From an uncultured cyanobacterium (GTDB lineage: Bacteria; Cyanobacteriota; Cyanobacteriia; Pseudanabaenales; Pseudanabaenaceae): a DNA stretch of 64,000 nt. A program made the translations under genes and the position numbers. A model generated the notes under the pieces. The model saw nothing but the letters and a program-made list of their open reading frames with translations. It did not search any database and was not told the origin of the DNA. The stretch's first letter is position 1. Each line of letters starts with the position of its first letter. Where the stretch lies: assembly GCA_963703315.1 (NCBI GenBank), contig OY969811.1, positions 3,456,001 through 3,520,000 of the forward strand, in the 5' to 3' direction. Below, piece by piece: positions 10,086 through 18,817 of the stretch.

Positions 10086-10561
10086 TACGCTGGTGAAATA
10101 GCCTCGGTTAAGGGGACATCCTCTGGCGTATAAAATCCCAACTCTTGACTAAGTTCAGTAAGCTCACTCAAAGCCTGATGACGCTGAGCATCTCTCTGTT
10201 TTTTGTACTGCATTAAATCTTGAAACTGGATACGGCGATGCGTACCCACCTTGATATAGGGGATATCGCCTTGATCTAACAATTTATATAAATAAGGACG
10301 GGAAACATTGAGCAAGTCAGAAGCTTGAATCGTACTCAAATGCAAGTTATAAGGAACCAAGGATATAACTTGTCCCAATGCCATCATGTGAATAACTTGC
10401 CGAAGGGCTTGATATATGGAGTCTGGCAACATGATTTCTTCACCGTCTAGACCGACAAGCTTGGGATATGCTTTTTCTAGCATTGCCTCTAGGCGCTGTA
10501 TTGGTAAGGTGTCTGGCTCAGGCGCAAAGACAGAATCTGGTAGGTCGTTCAACATATACAT
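10085..10561 (-). CDS. Excisionase-like (HTH_17) DNA-binding protein, partner of the PIN protein
   Basis: LSTIQASDLLNVSRPYLYKLLDQGDIPYIKVGTHRRI. Confidence 0.85.
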   Translation of the reverse strand: MYMLNDLPDSVFAPEPDTLPIQRLEAMLEKAYPKLVGLDGEEIMLPDSIYQALRQVIHMMALGQVISLVPYNLHLSTIQASDLLNVSRPYLYKLLDQGDIPYIKVGTHRRIQFQDLMQYKKQRDAQRHQALSELTELSQELGFYTPEDVPLTEAISPA

Positions 10562-10601
10562 ATTAAAGATTGCTGATGTTGAGATGGGTTGATTTTTGAA
10601 G

Positions 10602-10627
10602 TAAGTGTAATAAGTGTAAATATACTA
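10602..10627 (-). promoter_or_regulatory. Candidate -10 box and tandem operator of the Xis-PIN operon
   Basis: TAAGTGTAA x2 (10602-10619); minus-strand TAGTAT at 10622-10627. Confidence 0.4.
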
Positions 10628-10748
10628 TATGCCAATAAGAGCGATCGCGCGATCGCCCCTTTAATCTCTGTGAAAGTAAAGGGCGATCGCAACTATTTAA
10701 CTCAATCAAATTGATAAAATTTTTGTTAGTAGATTTAGTGACTAAGAA

Positions 10749-11888
10749 ATGACAAATCAGGACAGTCCAATATTACCTAGATTTCGTGTTTATGGGGAGA
10801 ATGCAGAGTTTGAGACTGAAAGACATCTAGAATGGTTGTTTTGGTATACGGTTCTTCCCAAAATTGGACTGAAGCCACTAAAAAGTCAGCATACTTGCAG
10901 AGAGGGGATTTGTGACATATTGGCGAAAGGAACCCAGAATCAACTCGTCATCATAGAGTTAAAAAATGTTGAAGATTCTCATGTTATTGAACAAATTACT
11001 GCATATTTCGATGCCCTTATCGAAGAAAAGCCCTTTAGCGAACAAATTGATTATACTAAACCTATTGACCTATACACTGTCTGTCCAACCTATAGGAATC
11101 GTACTGTAACAACATTAAAACACCACAAACTTAAATTTACTCTCTTAGCCTATGCAGTAAAAAGCAGCAATCAAGGCTTTATACTCACATTGTACGAATG
11201 GCTCACAAAGACAGAAATAGCCAAAATAGATATCCCAATAGCTGCTGAAATCGAACCTACAATTAATTTGCCTGATCCTCCAAAAGCTTTTGTTAACCTT
11301 TTAGGGAACTGTTCAGAGAATGAAAAGAAATGGGCTATTGAAATTCGTGATCAGATTTATCAATTGTCGCAATCTTTAAACTATAGAATTTATGAGAAGC
11401 CAGATGGTAAATGGGTTCGTTTTGAAAGAAACAAACAAAATCCTATCGCTGAGATAGGTTGGGAAAACAAAAGAGAAAGTCTTGCTGTTTATCTATGGCT
11501 GCCATTTGTGACTATTAATGGACAATGGAACATGAAGGCAAGAGCAAGAGATAGCTATAAAAGAACTGCCATGATGAGACTTTGGATAGTTGATGGCACT
11601 GTTCAATATGTTGCTTACATAGAAAATCAGAGAAAAAGTTGGCTAGTTGTTACTGATGAAGAAATTCAAACGAGCAAATTTACTAAGCCAGTAAAGTTAC
11701 AGAGAAAAGCTGACAGTGCTTACTGGAAAGGTCTAGCAATGCCTACAGATGTCTACCTTAATTTAATGGAATTGACTGCTCGTTCTCATTCTCTAAATGC
11801 TTTTGTAGAGTTGGCACTTGAACATTCTTTACAGAGACTAACTAAAAGTCGCCAGAAGAATATTATCGAAGTAGAATCTGACTTTTAG
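10749..11888 (+). CDS. NucS-like PD-(D/E)xK endonuclease domain protein
   Basis: N-terminal ETERHLE...GICDILA...LVIIELK...EQITAY; C-terminal part unrecognised. Confidence 0.7.
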   Translation: MTNQDSPILPRFRVYGENAEFETERHLEWLFWYTVLPKIGLKPLKSQHTCREGICDILAKGTQNQLVIIELKNVEDSHVIEQITAYFDALIEEKPFSEQIDYTKPIDLYTVCPTYRNRTVTTLKHHKLKFTLLAYAVKSSNQGFILTLYEWLTKTEIAKIDIPIAAEIEPTINLPDPPKAFVNLLGNCSENEKKWAIEIRDQIYQLSQSLNYRIYEKPDGKWVRFERNKQNPIAEIGWENKRESLAVYLWLPFVTINGQWNMKARARDSYKRTAMMRLWIVDGTVQYVAYIENQRKSWLVVTDEEIQTSKFTKPVKLQRKADSAYWKGLAMPTDVYLNLMELTARSHSLNAFVELALEHSLQRLTKSRQKNIIEVESDF

Positions 11889-12028
11889 TGATCGCCTTTA
11901 CTACACTTATTTAGCTAAAATTTCATAAACCAATCAATTGTTTAACATCATTTAAAACGATCGCCCCTCTAATCATGATTTTACTTTTAGCAAATAGCGA
12001 TCGCCTTGTGATGTGATTATTTGAGAAG
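11888..12028. repeat. HIP1-bounded modules gamma, delta and epsilon (epsilon interrupted by the IS)
   Basis: Starts at the TAG of the upstream gene; homologous to 14048-14162, 15081-15169 and 15779-15954. Confidence 0.85.
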
Positions 12029-13321
12029 TAGGGCAACCGCACACGTTTCTTAACAAACTAGCGAACATTTCTTAACGAGGAAAAAAGGGAGAAACGGGAG
12101 AATTGAGGATATTTAGAAAGATAAGTCCAAAATGCTAGCAACAGTCAGTCCCGTCGGATTAATCGAAACCCACTTTGGGAACTTGCAAGATCCCAGAGCA
12201 GCACACAGTATCCTGCATAAGCTACTCGACATATTGATAATCACGATTTGTGCAGTGATCTGTGGAGCCGATAACTTCGTAGCAATCGCCGAATATGGCA
12301 AAGAGAAAGAAGAATGGTTAAAGACATTTTTGGAATTAGCAAACGGCATACCGTCAGTAGATACATTCGAGAGATTATTTGCGAGACTGAAGCCAGAAGC
12401 ATTGCAAAAAAGCTTTATTAGCTGGATGGAAGCAGTCCATGAATCCACCGACGGAGAATTGATAAACATAGATGGCAAAACCCTGAGAGGAGCAAAGGAA
12501 GCAGGAAATTCGCGTAGTCTGATTCATATGGTGAGTGTGTGGTCAGCATCACAACATTTGGTATTGGGACAGCAAAAAGTGGACGAGAAATCCAATGAAA
12601 TAACAGCGATTCCATCATTGCTAAAAATGTTAGCGATACGAGGTTGTGTGGTGAGCATAGATGCAATGGGATGTCAGACCGAAATCGCGAAAACAATCAT
12701 CGAAGAGGGAGCAGATTATGTGTTAGCACTGAAAGGCAATCAAGGTAATCTCCATAAAGATGTGCGTGAACTATTTACCTCTGCACGAGAACAGAACTTC
12801 AAAAATATTGAACATCAGTTCTATGAAACGGTTGAGAAAGGACATGGGCGCATTGAAACTCGTCGCTATTGGACAATGGGTAATACCGAATACTTAATCG
12901 GTGCAGAGAAATGGATAGGTTTGAAAAGTATTGGTATGGTTGAATCAGAGCGCATTATAAATGGAATTATTTCTACTGAGCAGCGATACTATCTGCTTAG
13001 TCTTGAGAGTGATGTCCACAGATTTTCCCAATCTGTCAGAAATCACTGGAGTATTGAAAATCAACTACATTGGATTCTTGATGTTGGTTTTGGTGAAGAT
13101 GCTTCGCAATCCTGCCGAGGCTATATTGCCGAAAACTTGGCTGTTATACGTCATATCAGTTTAAATTTGTTGTCAAGAGATAAAAACAGTAAGGTCGGTG
13201 TCAAGACAAAACGTCTTAAAGCTGGCTGGAACAACAACTATCTTAAGGATATCCTGAGTACCTTAAACATAGTCGCTGTCTAAATCTCGTTAATTGTTAA
13301 GAAACGTGTGCGGTTGCCCTA
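12029..13321 (+). mobile_element. ISAs1-family insertion sequence, complete (1293 bp)
   Basis: Perfect 28-bp terminal inverted repeats TAGGGCAACCGCACACGTTTCTTAACAA (12029-12056 and 13294-13321); 10-bp target duplication ATTTGAGAAG (12019-12028 and 13322-13331). Confidence 0.95.
12132..13283 (+). CDS. ISAs1 family transposase
   Basis: IDGKTLRG, KSNEITAIP, IDAMGCQ, LKGNQ, HWSIENQLHW. Confidence 0.95.
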   Translation: MLATVSPVGLIETHFGNLQDPRAAHSILHKLLDILIITICAVICGADNFVAIAEYGKEKEEWLKTFLELANGIPSVDTFERLFARLKPEALQKSFISWMEAVHESTDGELINIDGKTLRGAKEAGNSRSLIHMVSVWSASQHLVLGQQKVDEKSNEITAIPSLLKMLAIRGCVVSIDAMGCQTEIAKTIIEEGADYVLALKGNQGNLHKDVRELFTSAREQNFKNIEHQFYETVEKGHGRIETRRYWTMGNTEYLIGAEKWIGLKSIGMVESERIINGIISTEQRYYLLSLESDVHRFSQSVRNHWSIENQLHWILDVGFGEDASQSCRGYIAENLAVIRHISLNLLSRDKNSKVGVKTKRLKAGWNNNYLKDILSTLNIVAV

Positions 13322-13397
13322 ATTTGAGAAGCGATCGCCCCAAACCATTCAAGACGGATATGTTACTCTAGCAATACGTTACTGGTGCTGTAAAACT

Positions 13398-13649
13398 ATG
13401 AAACTACAAATTCAAGGCATTAAATCAGGGCAGACGATTCAACTGCTAGATATAGTTAATATTCCTGATGGAACAGTATTTCTGGAAATTGAAGCAGATA
13501 AACCTAAAGATAAAAGCGCAAGAATAGCAAGACTAAATCGTATATTCGGCGCATGGCGCAACCAGCAAGACATTGATCTAATATTTGCGGATATTGACAC
13601 ACAACGCCATCGTGACTATGGCAGAAAAATCGACTCCTTTGACTTCTAA
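13398..13649 (+). CDS. Putative VapB-like antitoxin
   Basis: 83 aa directly upstream of VapC; IFGAW motif. Confidence 0.65.
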   Translation: MKLQIQGIKSGQTIQLLDIVNIPDGTVFLEIEADKPKDKSARIARLNRIFGAWRNQQDIDLIFADIDTQRHRDYGRKIDSFDF

Positions 13650-13655
13650 TTATCC

Positions 13656-14048
13656 ATGTATTTACTTGACACCAACATCTGTATTGCACTGCTAAAAGGC
13701 AATTCTCAAGTTATTTCATCTTTTAATGCTTGTGCTGATGAATGCTATATTTCCACAATTAATGTTGCCGAACTTTATAAGGGAGTCTACTGCTCACAAC
13801 GAATAGAACAGAACCTTGCATCACTTGAGCTTTTTCTCCAAGATATGTCAATTGTCAGCTTCGATCTATTAGCTGCCAAAGAATTTGGCAAAATCCAATC
13901 AGAACTTAGACAAATCGGTAAACCCACAGGCGAACTAGATACCATGATTGCAGCTATAGCGCGATCGCGTCATGATCGAGTAGTTACGAATAACACAAAA
14001 GACTTTATCAATATTTCTGGATTAGGGTTGGAAAATTGGATCGTTTAG
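13656..14048 (+). CDS. vapC: VapC (PIN) toxin
   Basis: MYLLDTNICI...AELYKG...DTMIAAIA...VTNNTKDF. Confidence 0.9.
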   Translation: MYLLDTNICIALLKGNSQVISSFNACADECYISTINVAELYKGVYCSQRIEQNLASLELFLQDMSIVSFDLLAAKEFGKIQSELRQIGKPTGELDTMIAAIARSRHDRVVTNNTKDFINISGLGLENWIV

Positions 14049-14162
14049 CGATCGCCTTTACTGCACTTATTCAAATAGCGATTTGGCTAAAATCTGATAA
14101 ACCAAGCATTTGTTTAACATCATTTAAAGCGATCGCGATTTTACTTTTAGCAAATTGCGATC
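14048..14162. repeat. HIP1-bounded modules gamma and delta
   Basis: HIP1 at 14048 (shares the G of the TAG stop) and 14129; core TAAACCAAGCATTTGTTTAACATCATTTAA. Confidence 0.9.
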
Positions 14163-14222
14163 TACCTATAATAACAACTATATAACCTCTATAATAGGTA
14201 GATAGTCTTAGACTTAAAACCT

Positions 14223-14579
14223 ATGCTCAAAGAACTTTTTGGTGGTAAAATACCCGAACAGGTTTTGCTATATCTGGAAAATTATGAAGAAGGCTACGGC
14301 AAAGCGATCGCCGATACCTTTGAGATATCCTTGAGTTCAGTACAGAAACAACTGCAAAAATTTGAAGACTCAGGCTTATTAGTTAGTCGCTTAGTCGGCA
14401 AAACTCGCCTCTATACATGGAACCCGCGATCGCCCTTTGTAACGACCGTTAGAAACCTACTAGCCCAGCGTCTCAAAGTCACCCCACCCGAAGAAATCAA
14501 AGCTTACTACCGCCAACGCCGTCGCCCTCGCAAAGCTGATAAACCCCTTGGAAATACACAAAACCTCATCCCTAGCTGA
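14223..14579 (+). CDS. Winged-HTH protein
   Basis: YGKAIADTFEISLSSVQKQLQKFEDSGLLVSRLVGKTRLY. Confidence 0.75.
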   Translation: MLKELFGGKIPEQVLLYLENYEEGYGKAIADTFEISLSSVQKQLQKFEDSGLLVSRLVGKTRLYTWNPRSPFVTTVRNLLAQRLKVTPPEEIKAYYRQRRRPRKADKPLGNTQNLIPS

Positions 14580-15081
14580 AATCGCTGCGATCGTCTCAGA
14601 TACGCTTACCAAAGCAAACATTATCGCCGTGCTAACAGGTGGCGGAGTCGTTACAGTGTACTCAGAAAACGAATATCAATCTGACGATCTCGACTTTATT
14701 TCTCCCGCTAGTTCTCAAAAGCTAGAAGCAGCCATGTCTCAAATAGGATTTAGCAAGGAAAGCAGATATTTTATCCATCCAAATACAACTTATTATGTTG
14801 AGTTCCCTCCATCCCCCCTAATGATTGGGGAACAGTACATTGATTACAAAGAATGCACCGTGCAGAAAATTGGTGAATTAGAATTACACATTCTGACCCC
14901 GACTTTATGCGTCATGGATCGCCTTGCAGGTTTCTATCACTGGAACGATCGTCAAAGTCTTGATCAAGCAGTCATGGTTGCAAAACGTCATCCGATAGAT
15001 TTTAAAAGAGTGAAGTTATGGTCAACCAAGGAAAAGCAACAGAAAAAATATCAGGACTTTTTAGATAGGCTGCAAGATTAG
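14548..15081 (+). CDS. Putative nucleotidyltransferase-like protein
   Basis: VLTGGGVV...YQSDDLDF (GG...DxD, Pol-beta-like); overlaps the HTH gene; TTG start. Confidence 0.6.
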   Translation: MEIHKTSSLAEIAAIVSDTLTKANIIAVLTGGGVVTVYSENEYQSDDLDFISPASSQKLEAAMSQIGFSKESRYFIHPNTTYYVEFPPSPLMIGEQYIDYKECTVQKIGELELHILTPTLCVMDRLAGFYHWNDRQSLDQAVMVAKRHPIDFKRVKLWSTKEKQQKKYQDFLDRLQD

Positions 15082-15209
15082 CGATCGCCCTTACTGCACT
15101 TATTCAAATAACGATTTAGCTAAAATCTCATAAACCAAGCATTTGTTTAACATCATTTAAGGCGATCGTCATTGATCGTTTATGGCATACAGCTTGGATA
15201 GGCGATCGC
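15081..15209. repeat. HIP1-bounded module gamma plus tail
   Basis: HIP1 at 15081 (shares the G of TAG), HIP1-like at 15162, HIP1 at 15202. Confidence 0.9.
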
Positions 15210-15214
15210 TAAAT

Positions 15215-15499
15215 TTAATAAACCTCATCATGAGAGCCAATATTTAACAATAAAATCGCATCCAGATCAGATTCAGACTTCTGTACAAACTCAAACAAAA
15301 TGCGATAGTTATAATCCACAGAACAAGCCCAAATATCTGAGAGATCGCCAACCAGTTTATGCGTTCTCAAACTTGGATGATAAGGATCTTCCACTAGTTG
15401 ACGCAACGTTTTTTCAATTAAAGGACGCAGTTGCGGACTTTTGCGAATTAGACGTTTAAAAGCTCGCTGAGATTTAGCAGTCCAATCAATATTTCTCAA
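15215..15499 (-). CDS. YafQ/RelE family mRNA interferase toxin
   Basis: DPYHPSLRTHKLVGDL..WACSVDYNYRILF...IGSHDEVY. Confidence 0.88.
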   Translation of the reverse strand: MRNIDWTAKSQRAFKRLIRKSPQLRPLIEKTLRQLVEDPYHPSLRTHKLVGDLSDIWACSVDYNYRILFEFVQKSESDLDAILLLNIGSHDEVY

Positions 15500-15720
15500 C
15501 TATCCAACTCCGCCAAAAAATCATCAACAGAACCAGATTTGAATTTACCTTCTCGGTACTCCTGCTGAACCTCTCGAACTTCTTTAACAACTTGCTGCCG
15601 TTGACGCAACTTTAAACGATTATTCAACACGTCAATTAAAGCAACTTGATCATCCAAAGACAAAGCATCTACGGCATTGAGAGCTTCTTGAAATAGGGAT
15701 GTTTTTAAGGCTTGACTCAT
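15496..15720 (-). CDS. Putative antitoxin
   Basis: 4-bp overlap with the toxin; EYREGKFKSGSVDDFLAEL tail. Confidence 0.7.
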   Translation of the reverse strand: MSQALKTSLFQEALNAVDALSLDDQVALIDVLNNRLKLRQRQQVVKEVREVQQEYREGKFKSGSVDDFLAELDS

Positions 15721-15778
15721 AGGATTATTTATGAAAATTTACACTATAACCTCGGTTGTCATTATACTTCAGAAAAAA

Positions 15779-15954
15779 GCGATCGCCCTTCACAGCAATT
15801 TATTCAAATAGCGATTTAGCCAAAATCTCATAAACCAAGCATTTGTTTAACATCATTTAAAGCGATCGCGATTTTACTTCACTCAACTTGTGATCGCCTT
15901 GTGATGAGATTATTTGAAAGGCGATCGCTGTTCATGGGATGGATAGGCGATCGC
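15779..15954. repeat. Chain of HIP1-bounded modules gamma-delta-epsilon-tail
   Basis: HIP1 or HIP1-like at 15779, 15862, 15890, 15921 and 15947. Confidence 0.9.
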
Positions 15955-15970
15955 AGTGACTAAAAACTAA

Positions 15971-16495
15971 TTAGCGAAAAACTTCTCTAATAGCCTCTAT
16001 AGGAAGACAAACCGACAAAGTTTCATTAAAAGGGACAAACTGAAATTTCTGAATGTAGTAGCTTTGCTTAATCTCATTACTAGGATCAACCCTAATCGCA
16101 TAAACACCAACATTTTGAGAACCATCAAGTATTCTCAAGAAAGCATCAATCATTAAGGCTTGCCCTATACCCATACCCTGACAGCTTTTATCTACTGCCA
16201 ACTTGCCAATCAAAACCACTGGGATCGGGTAACTAGGGAGCTTATCTTTATTGGGAAATGATTCGGGGAAATCAATCAAGCTCGCACTGAGAGTGTAATA
16301 GCCTAAAACTTTTAGATCATCCGCGATCGCGACAAATATTTTTGCAACACCCAACTGATCATTTTTGAGAGCATATTGCTTGATATATATCGATAGCTCT
16401 TGCTCATCATGTTCATCACCACAATCAAAAGCAAGCTTTCTCAAACCGCTCTTACTGAAACCACACTCAGCCAAAGACTTGATTACAAAATTCAT
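15971..16495 (-). CDS. GNAT acetyltransferase toxin (AtaT/TacT-like)
   Basis: FDCG, LGYYTLSA, IPVVLIGKLAVDKSCQGMGIGQALM. Confidence 0.85.
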   Translation of the reverse strand: MNFVIKSLAECGFSKSGLRKLAFDCGDEHDEQELSIYIKQYALKNDQLGVAKIFVAIADDLKVLGYYTLSASLIDFPESFPNKDKLPSYPIPVVLIGKLAVDKSCQGMGIGQALMIDAFLRILDGSQNVGVYAIRVDPSNEIKQSYYIQKFQFVPFNETLSVCLPIEAIREVFR

Positions 16496-16498
16496 TAA

Positions 16499-16768
16499 CT
16501 ATCGAGTTTGACTGGTTCTTAACAATGCTGCTAATTCCTGAGATAGCTTAGGCGGATTTTGCATCATTTCCACAAACTTTTGCGCGTCATTTTCAGACAG
16601 CACTAATACTTGATTGTCATAAGAAGCTTTCTCAAGGCTTTGAGACTGTACCGACTCTCTAGCAAGCCTAGAATTGCCAAAACCACGCATGAGACGTTTC
16701 CGCACCGAAAAACTCAATGCAGACCTAAAAACTTTGCGATTTACCTGTAAGGGAATCTGAGCCTTCAT
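16499..16768 (-). CDS. DUF1778-like antitoxin with atypical N-terminus
   Basis: C-terminal LVLSENDAQKFVEMMQNPPKLSQEL; upstream of the GNAT toxin. Confidence 0.6.
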   Translation of the reverse strand: MKAQIPLQVNRKVFRSALSFSVRKRLMRGFGNSRLARESVQSQSLEKASYDNQVLVLSENDAQKFVEMMQNPPKLSQELAALLRTSQTR

Positions 16769-16860
16769 TATTTTGCACTGCTTTAACTCGCTCTAATGCT
16801 TTTGCAGTAACACAATTTTTACACACATAGCTGCTAAATAGGTAGATAAAAACAAATTAA

Positions 16861-16927
16861 GCGATCGCGGTTTTATTTTTTAGCAAGTAGCGATCGCCTT
16901 AAATGAGATTATTTGAGAGGCGATCGC
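16861..16927. repeat. HIP1-bounded modules delta and epsilon
   Basis: HIP1 at 16861, 16890 and 16920; spacers homologous to 15862-15928. Confidence 0.85.
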
Positions 16928-16956
16928 AGTAACTAAAAAGTAATTACAATTTTTAC

Positions 16957-17033
16957 GAGTCGTGAAGCGTAAAGCCCCCGTCTTTCAATCTGCCCTGTAC
17001 ACAAAGTGGATTGAAAGACGGGGAATATGTCAA
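16957..17033 (+). mobile_element. Miniature IS200/IS605 (IS891-like) element, no ORF
   Basis: Preceded by TTAC; starts GAGTCGTGAAGCGTAAAGCCCCCG; 15-bp hairpin 16976-16990/17009-17023; ends GTCAA. Confidence 0.7.
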
Positions 17034-18421
17034 TAACTGGTTAATTCTGCGCTAGCTGGTGGCTCCTTTGTTGTACCAAATGCAATTCGTAAAAATGGTG
17101 GTGCGAGGAACGTGGTCAAAATCACCATGATGATAATCGCCACTTCTAGAGGTTTGTCGATCGCACCACTAGCCGTACCAATACCAGCAAAGACTAGACC
17201 AACTTCACCACGCGGAACCATACCAATACCGATCGCTAAGCGGTTGACATTAGGTATACCGAAAACCACCCAACCTGTGATCACTTTGCCCACGATCGCC
17301 ACTAACAGCAGGAACACGGCAATCAACAAGCCACTTCGATTTTCAGGAATCATCGGATTGAGGACACTGAGATCGGCTCTAGCACCGACAGTTACAAAGA
17401 ATACGGGTACGAGTAAATCCGCTACAGGTTTAATCAGTTCATCTAACTCATGGCGAGCATCGGTTTCATCTAGCACCAATCCTGCGGCAAAAGCTCCTAA
17501 GATTGCTTCCAGATGGATGGCATTGCCGATAAATGCCATCGCATAGGCAAAGATAAAAGCAGGAATGATGATACTGCCACGAGTTTGGAGTTTATCAACT
17601 ATTGCCACAAAACTTTTGTTAAAAAAGCCACCTAAAAGGATCGCACCAAATAAGAAGGCGATCGCGCTGATTAACAGAATTGCCACATTGGTAATATCAA
17701 CTTCACCTGTTTTCGCCAAACTTGCGACTACTGCTAAAACGATGATCCCTAATACATCATCAATGACAGCCGCACCCACGATGATTTGCCCCTCTTTCGA
17801 TTTTAGCTGACCGATTTCGGCAAGCACCTTAGAAGTAATGCCAATACTGGTTGCCGTGAGTGCCGCCCCTGCAAAAATCGCAGGAATTGCCGCAACATGG
17901 AAAAAGTACATTAGTCCCATTGTCCCTGCCGCAAAGGGAGCCGTCACACCGATAAAAGCAACTACGAAAGCTTGAATGCCGACTTCCTTGAGTTGACGGA
18001 TATCTGACTCTAAACCAATCTCAAACAGAAGGACAATCACGCCCAATTCTGCAATAACAGAAATTACTTCACTTTGTTCTGCAAATATGCTGTTGACGGC
18101 TTCGGGTGACAATTGATTCAACCACTGCAATCCCGACATTACTACAGAGTCCGATGCGGTAAAACCGCCTTCAGGAAAGATGACTAAGCGTAATGCTGAG
18201 ACCCCAATGATTACACCAGCTACTAATTCTCCTAAAACAGGAGGTAAGTCTAGTCGCTTGGCAATTTCACTGCCAATTTTGCTCGCAACGTAAATTAGGA
18301 CTAAGGTGAGCAATACCCCTGAAAGAATTATTGGCGCATTTTCTGACTCGGCAGTAGCAAGTAACGGTTGCGGTATCCGAAGTCCAGATAAATGATGCGC
18401 GATCGCCGCGATCGAAAACAT
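17030..18421 (-). CDS. Cation:proton antiporter (CPA2, NhaS-type)
   Basis: Multi-TM; LLFEIGLE, ATSIGIT, AVIDD, PRGEVGL. Confidence 0.9.
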   Translation of the reverse strand: MFSIAAIAHHLSGLRIPQPLLATAESENAPIILSGVLLTLVLIYVASKIGSEIAKRLDLPPVLGELVAGVIIGVSALRLVIFPEGGFTASDSVVMSGLQWLNQLSPEAVNSIFAEQSEVISVIAELGVIVLLFEIGLESDIRQLKEVGIQAFVVAFIGVTAPFAAGTMGLMYFFHVAAIPAIFAGAALTATSIGITSKVLAEIGQLKSKEGQIIVGAAVIDDVLGIIVLAVVASLAKTGEVDITNVAILLISAIAFLFGAILLGGFFNKSFVAIVDKLQTRGSIIIPAFIFAYAMAFIGNAIHLEAILGAFAAGLVLDETDARHELDELIKPVADLLVPVFFVTVGARADLSVLNPMIPENRSGLLIAVFLLLVAIVGKVITGWVVFGIPNVNRLAIGIGMVPRGEVGLVFAGIGTASGAIDKPLEVAIIIMVILTTFLAPPFLRIAFGTTKEPPASAELTSY

Positions 18422-18519
18422 AAACTATTTTCCTTTAGAGATAGGGATACTTCAAAAAACCAGATTTCACATTATTACGGTTTCGGCTATTTGTCTCTAG
18501 TACTGTCAGTTACAGTTTT

Positions 18520-18634
18520 TATAGCAAAGCAAGAGTTGGTTAGTACAAACTAAAACCCAAGAAGCGAGTTGCGGCGCGGAGCGCCGCAACTCGCCTTCTG
18601 GTTTTGTGTCCTAAGCAAAACTTTTTTTGCTATA
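18520..18634. repeat. MITE-like repeat with TATAGC...GCTATA ends (copy 1)
   Basis: Similar to 56450-56563; internal GC-rich hairpin. Confidence 0.7.
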
Positions 18635-18817
18635 CAAGAAATTTCTCTGTATCGCTAGCCATAGAACCTCATTAGTTACAACGCTTTGCTCTCAAACCCA
18701 AAACAAGAGATTTGTTTGCTCGAAAATTGCTTTAAAAAAGAGAGTTGCCTCAAGGGGCAACTCTCTTTTAGATATAAATTTAGATATAAAAAAGTGACAG
18801 GATGTGTCACTTTTTTA

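Noticed and set aside
14048..14136. Module gamma as a canonical integron attC (contains GTTTAAC, matching RYYYAAC)
   Set aside because: No matching GTTRRRY or long imperfect palindrome was seen, and there is no integrase in the window; kept only as an analogy.
11888..16927. Repeats as a CRISPR array
   Set aside because: Copies are separated by whole genes, vary in length, and no cas genes are present.
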